A stretch of DNA of 59,513 bases, counting the filler, from Platydemus manokwari (taxonomy: Eukaryota), in NCBI GenBank assembly GCA_037951405.1. It is 6 parts of 6 records of this genome, joined end to end, with 100 filler letters (N's around TTAATTAATTAA, not from the genome) between each part and the next. Parts side by side here need not be neighbours in the genome. Positions count along the whole stretch, not along the records: positions 19,864 to 28,977 come from JBBMOY011297761.1; positions 29,078 to 39,644 come from JBBMOY011123552.1; 4 more parts are not named here. One strand, written 5' to 3'. Positions 25,105 through 36,941 of the stretch are shown one piece after another. The notes beneath the pieces were generated by a model that worked only from the letters and a program-made list of their open reading frames with translations, made no database searches and was not told where the DNA came from. The position numbers and the translations under genes are program-made. How positions within the stretch are numbered: position 1 is the stretch's first letter; every line of letters begins with the position of its first letter.

Positions 25105-27992
25105 TTAGCTTAAAATTTGATGAATTTGTAAAAATATAATGAGAGGAAATCGTCAATAAATGTTCATCGCAAATATTACTTGATCAATTTTGCTTTGTTT
25201 GATTTTTCCAGTTTTGGAATCACGGATTTTATTGTTGAAATCTTTGCCTTCCATAACAATGAAATCATCAGTTGGATTTAGAATTCCGCATTTAATTGCA
25301 ATTGATCGTGCCGTATTGACATTATCACCAGTCACCATTCTTACAGTGATGCCAGCTTTTTGACATTTCTTTATTGCCGGAGGAACTTCTGGACGAACTG
25401 GATCTTCAATGCCAACTATTCCAATACATGTCAAATCTTTGATTACTTCGTGTTCGTCTTCTAGATCCATATCCTTTGAAAAATATTCCTGACCTTTTTC
25501 AAGTTCACTCCCTAATTGAATTGTTAAACTGGTTCAAATGATTCACAAATTACCTTCGGTCACAAATTCTTTATACGCTAACCCAATTGTCCTTAGACCA
25601 TCTTGAGCCATTGGTTCAATGACAGATGTTATTAATTCATTCATGTCATTTTTTGTGAAATTTTGTATAGAACCATCTTTGCCAATTATATAAGAGCATC
25701 TAAATAACAAATAAATTTATAAAAACATAAAACTTTTATTTATTTTCATCAAGTCAAATTTTACAGAAATCTCATCAAAAAAGGGCTATATTGTTTTCAA
25801 CGTGCAAGTTATTGGACAATTCCTATTATTTGCATTTTTTTTAATGTTGCATATACAAGGAATCTTTTATACATTTTTAAAATTGTAATGAAACGTTCGC
25901 AAGAAACAACTATCTGGTGTATTTTCTTTCAATGCAAATTAAAAGAATCCCATTAAAAACACCAGTAATATTAAAAACACCTCGTTTAATAACATTTTTG
26001 AATATTTTTGTAATCACTTGAAGAGAAAATTTGAAATTTGATTTGCCAGATTGATTGTGAGAAATTACGTAATCCAGTCCATTAGATTAATATCTACAGT
26101 TTTAGCTCGACTAATTATCATTGGTTATAAAATATTTCTTTGATAAACATGAATCTATGATACCTCTTTCTGTGTATGTAGCTTATAAGTTTTTATTTCT
26201 ATAAGTTTCAAACTAATTTCCATTCAGTTTTTGGTAAACTTGGTCAAGATCATATGACTAGCAGCCAACATATTCATGTTGCTAGATTTTGAAATAATAA
26301 ATATCTGGAATTATGAAATATATGTATAATGATTGTCACTTGATATTGCCAAACACGAAAATAATTGAAATGAGATATGTTGTTCAATAGCCATAATATT
26401 TGTCAATTTTTACCAAAAAATGAATATAAATTCGAAATGTTCTCTCTCTCGTATTAAATTATGTGTGTTGGTGTTTATGACAAGAATTTAAAATTTCATA
26501 ATATGTAAGCGAAAATTTTAATTATTAAAACATATTTTCGTATAAATCTATCAGAATTTATAATGAATTAAAATTTGAAAAATTTTTAAATCAGATTTTT
26601 ATAATAATTTAAATGATAATTTGGTATTTGTGATTTTCCATCTCGTTTTCAAAGCGTGCTTTATGAAATAGTAGCGGCTTACAAAGTCGATTTTTCAACC
26701 GATTTAAACAAGGGAAGCATAAAATTGATTGTGCGTACAAACTTTCTTGTATGGTTTTCATTGAATAATTATATCATTTCTCTTTTCCTTTACAAGATCT
26801 TTTATTCAACATGAGTATTCTTACTGAAAACTTCACAAATCCAGTTATTGATGATACATACTAATAATAATAGCCATTCTTTCCCTCTAGAGTACAAAAC
26901 TACTTATAAGACCACGGGAGATATGTTTTACTTTTATTTTATAATAGTAACAAATTTTTCGAATGAAATTCATCTATTTTTGAAGTTAACAAAAATATCC
27001 CCAACAAACATGTTTGTGTCTGTACATCGTTTGATGTTTGCGATTCGTTGTCAACTTATTCCTAAATCGCTTTGAACATTTCGTACAACTCATATATTCT
27101 TGTATAAACGTTACATTGTCACCGAAGTCTTTCGTTACCATTACTGAGGCAGAAATTTATTTTGCAAACAAAATTTAAAGGAACAGTTTCCCACAACCAA
27201 ACAAGACATTGTAAAAATCTTTTAAAAGCACTTGGTTTTGATAATGACTAGCATTTTTTAACCAATAGAGATATTTACATGAAATTTGACACTGACGACA
27301 TAGAAGTCACGTCCCATACTAAATAATTTATTTGCACAAATCGATAAATCCGCAAATATTAAATTAAAAATTATTGATCATAACTGACCACAATAGCATA
27401 TATATTAATATTTTTTAGCACAAGCACAAACCATTTTAAACATATTATTTACCAAATTAAATATCAATTTCGGCAAAAAATTAGAATCTAATAAAGTGAG
27501 CATGAATGCCACTATAAGATATATTTAATAATTTTAAGAATATTTTAACTGGAAAATATAAATTGCAATAAAAACCAATTTTATTTATTGCTGGTTGAAA
27601 TTATATTGCTGGAATATTTTAAACAACAATTTTTCAATTTAAAAATGGTATTCAGGTTTCATATGTTGACAAAATTTCATATTAAACAATATTTATATAC
27701 ATTATTAATCCATATTAAACATCTGTGAATATCAGATATGAAAATTTTACTTGCTTAAAACCATTTCCGAAGCTCCTTTGGTCAATAACAACACTTTGTT
27801 TCCATCATTTATGATAGTGCTCATTGATTTTCGGACAGAATTAAATGTATAAATCTTCACAAGTTTTTCTTCCGGCCAAATCGATCGTATTCCATAATAA
27901 TCCTTTTTTAAAGATCCTGTCATCAGTCCTAATAAAGCGCATTCCGTTTTATTTCCAATTTGAGATGGCAATTCACCCGGTGATTTTCCTGG
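21298..27992 (-). CDS. ATP2B: Plasma-membrane Ca2+-ATPase (P2B), partial; exons 27992-27751, 25699-25554, 25511-25180, 22450-22088, 21511-21298
   Basis: GT-AG, phase-consistent exons encode [126 protein letters not shown]. The N-terminal half (including DKTGT) and the C-terminal exons were not found in the window. Confidence 0.95.
21851..22005. repeat. 39-bp minisatellite, about 4 copies, in a PMCA intron
   Basis: Unit tttgtgttctgaatatattcatgtattgaatatatatat, period 39. Confidence 0.9.
23080..23400 (+). mobile_element. Possible decayed hAT transposase fragment
   Basis: Frameshifted translation resembling [15 protein letters not shown] matches the hAT WIxxDxRPFSIVExxGF motif by eye only. Confidence 0.3.
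25060..25104. repeat. Compound (AT)n(GT)n microsatellite
   Basis: Directly visible. Confidence 0.9.
26985..27340 (-). mobile_element. Possible decayed THAP-domain DNA transposon 5' end
   Basis: Minus strand gives MSCLVVGNC... and downstream KHVCWGYF, resembling THAP MxxCxxxxC...VCSxHF; broken frame. Confidence 0.25.
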
Positions 27993-28977
27993 CTGCATTC
28001 AATGTTTGAATTAATTTTCCAATACTTTTATTTCAATACTTAATTCGGTTCATTTCAATGAAGAAATCTCATTTTATTTAAATTCAACAAACTGTGAATA
28101 GTTTTAACTCAGAAAATTTAAGTCAATTCTTCGATTTAATTTCATTTTGTCCAGAATATTCACAGATTAAAAATATTTTCCCAAAAAACCCAAAACACTT
28201 TTAATATAATTTCCTAGAGGTATTTTGATGAGATTTTGTTTTAAAAAATATTTTCAATCTCCAAATAGTTTTTATGTTTGATATCTTTATTCATTGAAGC
28301 ACGAATATTTCTATCGATTAATATGTGTTTATTTCACAGATAAATAATCGGATAGCTATATCATAAACGAGTAGCCAATGTCTACTATTATCTTTACTCA
28401 TAGAGTAATGCATCAAAATGAAATAAAATTGTTGTTCAAACATTTCTTTTACTAATTCTATAAATGATTTGTTAACAACTAATTATGAACATGCTTAAAT
28501 TAATAAATTAATCGAGCAATTACCAATATCTAGGATTGAGTAATAACTAACTATTCACGATACAATAATTTATATATAAGTGAAATATTTTTTTGATAAA
28601 AATATTATCGAGATAAAAATTCCAATTAATAACCATTAAATCTTAATTGCTGATCAATAATAAATTAACAAAAAAAACACGAAATATTTTTTGGGCGGAA
28701 ATGTGTTGAACGTAATTAATATAATCGATTCCTTGATATATTTGGAGTATTTTGATATTTATCTTATAATTATTACCGATAACTAAAAATAAAAAGAGAA
28801 AATAACATCTAAACAAGCTTAATAGTTCATTATCTACCTCCATGTAGTTGAAAACAATCATTAATTGATATGCGAAGTAATATCTAGAATAAAATGTATT
28901 ATTAATAACCAAAATTATTCTATTATTATTCTCTTAGTTTGTATGGCATTTTCAGCATCACCAACCCATAAATACAT

Positions 28978-29077
28978 NNNNNNNNNNNNNNNNNNNNNNN
29001 NNNNNNNNNNNNNNNNNNNNNTTAATTAATTAANNNNNNNNNNNNNNNNNNNNNNNNNNNNNNNNNNNNNNNNNNNN
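28978..29077. other. Artificial contig-join spacer
   Basis: N44-TTAATTAATTAA-N44. Confidence 0.97.
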
Positions 29078-29199
29078 CCCTGCCACTATGTGGTGATGGT
29101 GTCGGACACTGTCTGACTTGTATTATAAAAACTGTGTTTTATCAATAAATATTTGTATATTCTTCACAACTTTAAATTCTCTGTGGCCTTTTTTTCGAT

Positions 29200-29600
29200 A
29201 TCTTTAGCTTCCCATCGAGAATTTTTGTGCATTATTTATCTTAATAAGTTCTTGGGTGCATCTATATAGCCTACTTTAGAGAAGAAACTAATCATTAGAC
29301 CAAAACCATCTTTAAAAGTAGAGAATTTTGTTTAAACCAGTTTTCCTAGCTGCATATCTTGTTTTGGCAATCAGTTTGATTGGTGCTGATAAGGTGATCT
29401 AAATTTCTGACGAATATTGAATTGAGCATATTATTTTATCATGAATTGGATTTCAAGCTGTTAACACTTATCAGTCAAAATGGTTTTTACTTTCTCTAAC
29501 CGATAAATCAAGGATTGCCTCAAAAATAGTCTTTTCATTTAGTCTAGACAATGCTATTAGACTTACAAGCCTACTATACATGTATTTGATAAAAAGTAAG
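29200..29600 (-). mobile_element. Possible decayed non-LTR retrotransposon RT fragment
   Basis: Minus-strand LNSIFVRNLDHLISTNQTDC and YIDAPKNLL loosely resemble the N-terminal RT motifs of RLE-type LINEs; heavily degenerate. Confidence 0.25.
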
Positions 29601-31784
29601 GCAATTCATATATCTGGTGATGCACTATTTCTATTTTTAGCGTTGTTTTTCATTTTGTATTTAATCTTAAAAGGCAGTTTACTTTATTTTATAAAAGCAA
29701 ACATCTGAAATTTTGCAAATTTAAAGTCTTATCAGCTAAGTTAATTTCTCTTAAATTGAGGTATTACTAACACTGTAGCAATATTTTTAGTTAGCCGTAT
29801 AATCAATTTAAATTTGAGCTCACAGGCTAGCGATTAGTTAATTACCCGTTTAAATTTTTAGTCTTTTTCAACAACTTGTCTTTATATAAGCTCTTGAAAT
29901 CACTTATGCCATGTTAACTCCTTTATAAAACGAGTGGGATATTTATACAGACTCACAAATATGTAAGAACAATTTATAAAATTGTGATGATAGAAGTAAA
30001 AGGAAAAAGTTTATGGATGCATCTTTACATGTTATTATGAATTAATGCAATTTATCTAACTTCAAAGGATATAAAAACTATTACAAAAGAGGGGGTTTTC
30101 CATATTAAAAATAATTATAGTTTACCAAAAATAATGATTATAAATCAATAAACGAAAAACTATGATGATTAGCAACAATATGCTCAAAACAATAAATGAA
30201 TCCATTAAATAAATAAGAAGTAATACACAAAATTTATATTGTTATCAGATTAATATACTGAATACAAATATTATGACTGATACCACGTTCAGAAGAAAAA
30301 AACCGGTGTCTAATGTCTGTATGTCTGAGCATCAGCTTTCTATCAAAATGAGATGCATTTTTGGATATTTTATCTAATCGCATCTTAACAAACGAATAAA
30401 CCTGTTTGATTTAAAATGATCGATATGTATTTTTTGTGAGTATACAATCAATTTGAGATTTTATAATCGACTTAGTTCTTGAGTGAATAGCAAGTGAACA
30501 CAATTGCAATAAAACGACGAATGTAATTGGCGAAATTTGATAAGTGTCCTCTCGGTGAGAACGTAAGCCAATGGCATGGATAGTCTTCTGATTATAACTT
30601 TGAGTAATTCTAAAGTAACATAGCATGCACTTTATTCGGTATTCTATCGCCAATATTTCCTGTGACAATAACTTTATGATGAAATTCTGAGTGAATAAAT
30701 ATCATTTATATCTGAACTACCTTTGTCTCAAGTGTCTTTATTGGGTCGTATTAAGTTCTTTGATTTATTTTTAGGCTTATCTTTATTCCGCTTGCATGAA
30801 AATAGGGCACTAATATCTCTTTAACAAAGCTATACATATTTTTAAAATTTTTTTAACTTTTCTTAAAATTTTCAGGATCCACAGTCATACTACGGTATGT
30901 ATTAATTAATTACACACAATTACTTTTAAACTAAACTAATAAATAACAGCAACCTTTATGCACTATATAAAAGAGGATTATTATAATATTTTTTATTATA
31001 TTTGTTATATTTTTAATTATTATATTTTTTATCTAATAATTATACTGAGAGAAGATAAACAAGAAATTGGAAACTAGAGAAACTTCAAATCAGACCAATT
31101 AAATCTAAATCCAAACTCAAATTCAAAATAAAAAAAATAAAAAATTACGAAAAATGTTTATATTGAGACTCCTTATGTTATGTAACTTCGAAATTAGAAC
31201 CTAATAGCCGAATGAATATTAAAGAAATTCATGTTTTCAATTTTGAAGTGTGCAATTGCTATTATATTTATCAAAAATATGTAAATCTCAAAGTATTATT
31301 TGAGCAGGTAATCGATAATTGAATATAATAAATAAAATAATCATATACTGGAAATAAAATAACCGCATTTCAAGTTATTAAATTAAATTTAAAACCCTAA
31401 ATAACAATTGAAAGGAAAATATGACTTAACGATCTAATACTTAAATGAACTAACAAAAAATACCTTTGATCACATCTAAAAAGATGCTACAAAGCAACAA
31501 TTGCAGAACCAGAAAAAATTGAATGAACAAAACTAGCGTACCAGATGCATTACTTACAACTGTTTAATAATCACAGACAACGCAAATGTTGAAAAGCTTT
31601 CGTTATTCTCAAAATTGTTCTTTATCACTGCGCTGTTTTAATCTCATAAACAATAACCTCTCACTATTCCTTCAAGGTTGTTTTGTTAAATATGTTTATA
31701 CAACAATCTATTTTGTTATTGATATCTGCTATTCTTATACCCACAATTATCTTTTAATATTTTGTAATTCGATCATGGTAGATT

Positions 31785-32241
31785 TGTTGGGTTTACAGGA
31801 ACCAAAGAAATAATTCCAAAAGAGTAGAAACGCACAGATCCGATGTGCCATCAGCATATCAGACACGTTATAATATTAATCCATATCTAAAAGTTAAGAA
31901 TCGACAAGAACATACCTAAAAATGCAACAAACTGAAATATCTACTAATAGCATAAGATGTACGAGGAAAATTTCAAGCAGACCGATCTACAAACGAATTC
32001 AGCAAATGGAAAACGAATACCCGTGACATCAATCCGACACATTCGATATGTCTATAAAAAGTTTCCTTAGTAAATGCCTGTCTTGTTTGGTCAGTAACTT
32101 GTGTATTGGGTGATTTTCAGCAACCAGTCTATTTGGTTGTTTCGTATTCTGTCTTTGACTTTTGGGTACTGATCCCATCTTGTGTAATAAACTATCGTTG
32201 ATTTGAAAAGATGTTTAACTGCAGTTATTGTGCTTGTAACA
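31785..32241 (+). mobile_element. Dispersed repeat family A, copy 3 (probable solo LTR)
   Basis: TGTT...AACA termini, TATAAAA near 32053, AATAAA near 32185; reverse homolog of 8895-9382 and 16692-17131. No clear target-site duplication. Confidence 0.7.
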
Positions 32242-34075
32242 TTTTAGTTAATATAATATTCAGGCCAAATTGTTGATTATATTATCCAAACAGATTTGAC
32301 ATTAAGTTAGAGGTTATTCAGTCAATCAATCAATGATAATATAAATAGTCTGATAAATTATTTGTCATTACCAAAGAGACAGGAGCATTAAATAATTTGT
32401 TTTTGTTTTGTCATTTGTGGTACTATCGATTATATTCACTTGGATAATTATTGAATGATATATCAGCTTTTAAATGTTGCTTTAATTGTTTTAATGATTG
32501 ATGACTTTCATTAAATTTATATGCGGACGAAAATTTTTGTTGTAACGTAAATGTAAGTTTAATAAAAAATGAGAACCTCAAATTCAGTTAACAAAGATTT
32601 TTTGATCAAAATGAAATAAAGGAAAAAGACAATTGAAGATCTGGTTGTTTGTTTTACCTTTTTTATATGCATATAAGCAACTGAATTGTATAGCAAATGG
32701 AAGTGTATATCTATAAGTAATAAACCTTACAATCACCTACAATATTAATGGCTGATTCGGATCAAATTTTTCAACTCTAGTCATTTTGAAATTTTTAATA
32801 ACAAGGTCAAATACTAAACTGAATTTCAATTTTTTGTCGCAACTGTCGATATGAAAGAGTGCTTTGAACTGTTCAAATGATGATCTTTACACCAGTCGTG
32901 AAAATGTTTCAAATTGATTCGATTTATTAAACTCACATTGATTTAACTATTTAAACTATCAGCTATATTTATTTACTTTCAATTTCTCATCTATCCATAT
33001 TAAAATTACAAAGCTCTATAGCCATTATATTTTATATAGAAAAATATATTATCAAGATTTCCAATATTTTTACAATCACATCCAAACTTAAGATATTTTA
33101 TAAACAACTAAAATTTACATTTAGATTTCAAAATCACGAAAGGAATAAACACTTAATTTAGAAATTTATTATTCTCAAAGTTCAAATAAATCAATAATTC
33201 AAATAATGTTAATCACTCTGACAGTATCTAGGTTTATTTTAAGAATATTGAATTAACAACAAGGATAGTCGAATTGAATAAAATTTGGATTTATTGAAAC
33301 TGAAATTGAACTGATTGAAGATTGAATTTTATTTAACGAAATTTCTTTGCTATTTGAATTGTGAATCGGAAATTTATTTTTAAAAAGAATAAATATTGTG
33401 TTATTTGTAGAGATGGTATTCGAAAAGTTATTCTAGAGAACTCAGTTATGCATGTTATATTGTTAACGTATCTACCAATGATGATTATGATTAATACATC
33501 GTTCCAGTTTGATATCCTCAACGACTTTGAATTTCATCTGATAATGAAGTTCAGTAATCCATTTGTAATTATATTACTGGTATTCTAAAATTCAGAAATG
33601 TTAAAGACTCCTTTAATTCTAAATTAATAATAAAATAAAATTTCATAATATCAGTTACGAAAATATAAAGTACTAATCCAATAGATATTAAAAAAAATAA
33701 AATTGTTGTGTATATTACATTTTCTTAATATGTATTTATCATACAGTATAATTTAAATTTAATATTTTTAATATTATAAATTATTAATTAAATTAATTTT
33801 GTATACGATCTTGAAATAGAACTAATTTTTTTCAATGGAACACTATTTATTCAGAAACATATGATTTTGATATAACACAATGTCTTTTAAAGTATCTAAG
33901 CATAAAATTAAGAGATCATATTTTGAAAATGATTTTCTTTAAATTTGTTTCAATTTGCTTAAAAATTAAATTAATTTTATTTTATACAATATTTTAACAT
34001 AGTTATTTTGATCAGAATATAATATTTATTCCATTTCTTGATATCTAAGCTATAAAGGATTTGTTATATTAGATT

Positions 34076-36941
34076 ATGAGTGATTCAGAGTCTGACGTTG
34101 TCAGTTGGAGGAAAGCAGATATAAATAGAGGTTTGTAATTTACATATTAGTCTTTACTGCTTGATTTTATAGGAACTTCGAGTCCTAAAGCCGTTAGTAA
34201 AAGAGGACATGTAAGTGATTTTTTGTCTGAAGAACCTCCACTTAAAAAGCAAAAGTCCAATCATTCACTCAAAAGTAAAGATGATGAAGAACCTGTAAAT
34301 TTTATAACACAACCACCTATGCTGCTATTTAAACACTTCTTAAATCAACAAGAAGATAATATTCTTGTTGAAGATGCGATGAGAAAATATAATGAATACA
34401 AAGAAGCGTTTGCCTGTGAACAATTACAATCATTTTTTGAAGCTCATAAAGATGAAGAATGGTTATATGCATTCCATTAATGATTTTAATTTTCAACTTT
34501 ATCTATACAGGTTTATGGAAAAGTACCACCCAGATTATGTTGAGAGTCGTGAAACTAAACGATTAGAATCGGTAGAAAGCCGACGAAAAGTTTTTATATG
34601 GTTATATGAACATAAATATATGGAAGATGTTTCCGTTCATATTAATTATCAAGATTTGTTGATAAAGCTTTTTGATTCAGGTATTTTGGTTTTAATTTGT
34701 TTAATCTTTATAATTAAGCAAAATATTCACAACATTAATTACATGTTCATATTTAAATGATATATGTTTATCCTTTATAAATTCGTTTTTAGTTGCAATC
34801 CTTTTGGAAGGTGGCAATGAGAATGACTTGAAAGTCTTGGAAAAGCGAGTTCAGAGACACGAATCACCAGAAAGAACTGAAATAAAAATCGATATGAAGG
34901 TACATATCGAATATTTCTCGTTTTCTATATAAATATTGGGTTTATTGGTTCAGCCTGATACGACGAATGGTTTGAAATGGGATGATTTCCATACATCGAG
35001 CTGTGATGAAGACAGTGATGTTGAAATCACCACTGGACAACCGAATGAAAATCAGGAACCTGTTTCAGAAACTATTAGTAAAGAACAAATTACCGAAGTT
35101 CTTAAGAAAGAACAAACTCCGGAAATTATAACCCCAGAAGAAATGCTTGCGGATGACTTGTTGGTTGAAGCCATTGATCCGAGACCTTTGCATAAAACCT
35201 GTTCGATTTTCTTGAGAAATATTCATCCAAATGCTTTTCGATCTCAAATTGAAGAAGTAATATTTTTTTATGAATAATTTCTTATCTTTAAACAAAACGC
35301 TAATTTCTTTCATTTCTAGTTTTGTTACCATATAATGACTCGATAATAATCAATACACAGATACGATGATAATTTAAATGCTTATCTCTATTTTGTAAAC
35401 TTTGACCTACATTGTAACCATGGGAACTGTTTCCATTCATTAATTAGGGCTTGTAAATTATTAATTTTTTGGTCATCTCTATATAAGCGAATCTAGAGCA
35501 AATCAATAATGTATCGAATATTTGTCTATATGGTAAATGTAATTTTCGTAATGACAAAATGGAATCGATAATATCTGGCGAATAATTTCTCATTTCAGAT
35601 AAGTGCAGGAATAAATAAATCCAATATTGATTAGGACTTGTTTAAATTCTGGTTTTTATTTTAATTTTTCTTGTTTTTTTCCAATATAATGAATTTTATT
35701 GGAATGGAATTATTGAATAATAAATGATTAATATTACTTGTGTGTCATTTTATTTTCAATCTATTTTCTAGATCGTCAAGCCTTTTCCCGGATATTTACG
35801 ATTGGCACTTCAAGACCCGATGCCAGAGAGGAATTTTCTGCGACGTGGTTGGGTAACGTATGAGCGTAGCAGTGATATTGAAAACGTGGCATTTAAATTA
35901 CACAAAGTGCGTTTGCTCGATGTTGATCTCGGTGCTGTGATTAATAAAGAAATCGTCCAACGGATTAGGCCCATGGAACCCGTTACCAATCATCGTGCCG
36001 TGATGCGTCAAGATGTAAAATATGCCGCCAAATTGGTCTCAAGATTCGACAAACGAAGACATCTCTGGGAATCATCAGAGGGTGGTGAAATGAATCCATT
36101 GTTGCGTAACATCACTGAACATTTGGTTGATGAGGGTAGTTATGAAGAAGAGGCGTATTTAGGTGGTGATATCAGCAATAATCTCGTCATTACCGGCGGT
36201 AGCGATCCTTCAAATATCCGTTTGGACGAAGATCTCGATTTGGCTCGAGTTCTGGATAGATTGATTCTATATTTACGAATCGTTCACTCTTTCGACTACT
36301 ATTCCGCTACTGAATATGAAATCGAAGATCAACTACCGAATCGTTGTGGTCTCATTCATGCTAGAGGCAATCTGCTCTATCCCGATCAACGATTGAATCA
36401 AGCTCATTTGGAGAAATATATGAAAAATTTTGAAATCAAAGCTGAACTGGTTCTGGATTCGATCGATAATTTGGATTTCATCATTGCCTCACGATTAGGC
36501 GTCAAGAGTATCGATGAAGCCGTTGAGAAATTCATTTCAGACAACACAAAAGAAATCACCACGGAAAAGTGGCTGTGTCCATTGTCGGGTAAAAAGTTCA
36601 AAGGTCCCGATTATGTGAGGAAACATATTCTCAACAAATATGGTGAACGGATCGATAACGTTAAACAGACTGTACAGTTCTTCAATAATTATATCCTCGA
36701 TCCGAGAAGACCACAATTGCCGGAACATCATTCGAATCGTCCCAATCAAAATAATTTGAAGAATGAAACCGTTTCGAGATATACAGTCGATTATCAATCA
36801 CGAACCAATCAGAATAATCGGGAAGAAAATAGTTACAAAAAAGGTGGTCGATCTGATTTTGGGGGTAGAAATAAAAGCAGTGGAGAGTTATATTATTCAA
36901 GAAAGGTCCTTAATTATAATGACATTAGTGTTGCAGATTGA
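34076..36941 (+). CDS. SRRT: Serrate/Ars2 RNA effector, 697 aa; join(34076..34130,34173..34461,34511..34680,34793..34899,34954..35256,35772..36941)
   Basis: GT-AG, phase-consistent (2094 nt). Motifs FFEAHKDEEW|FMEKYHP, LEGGNENDL, PRPLHKTCSIFLRNIHP, RRGWVTY, LILYLRIVHSFDYY, PNRCGLIHARG, KWLCPLSGKKFKGPDYVRKHI, FFNNYILDPRRPQLPE. Confidence 0.95.

Noticed and set aside
28520-28565. Minus-strand text resembling the end of the preceding PMCA exon (VNS..IL|gt)
   Set aside because: Stops in all frames and no upstream exon body; probably chance.
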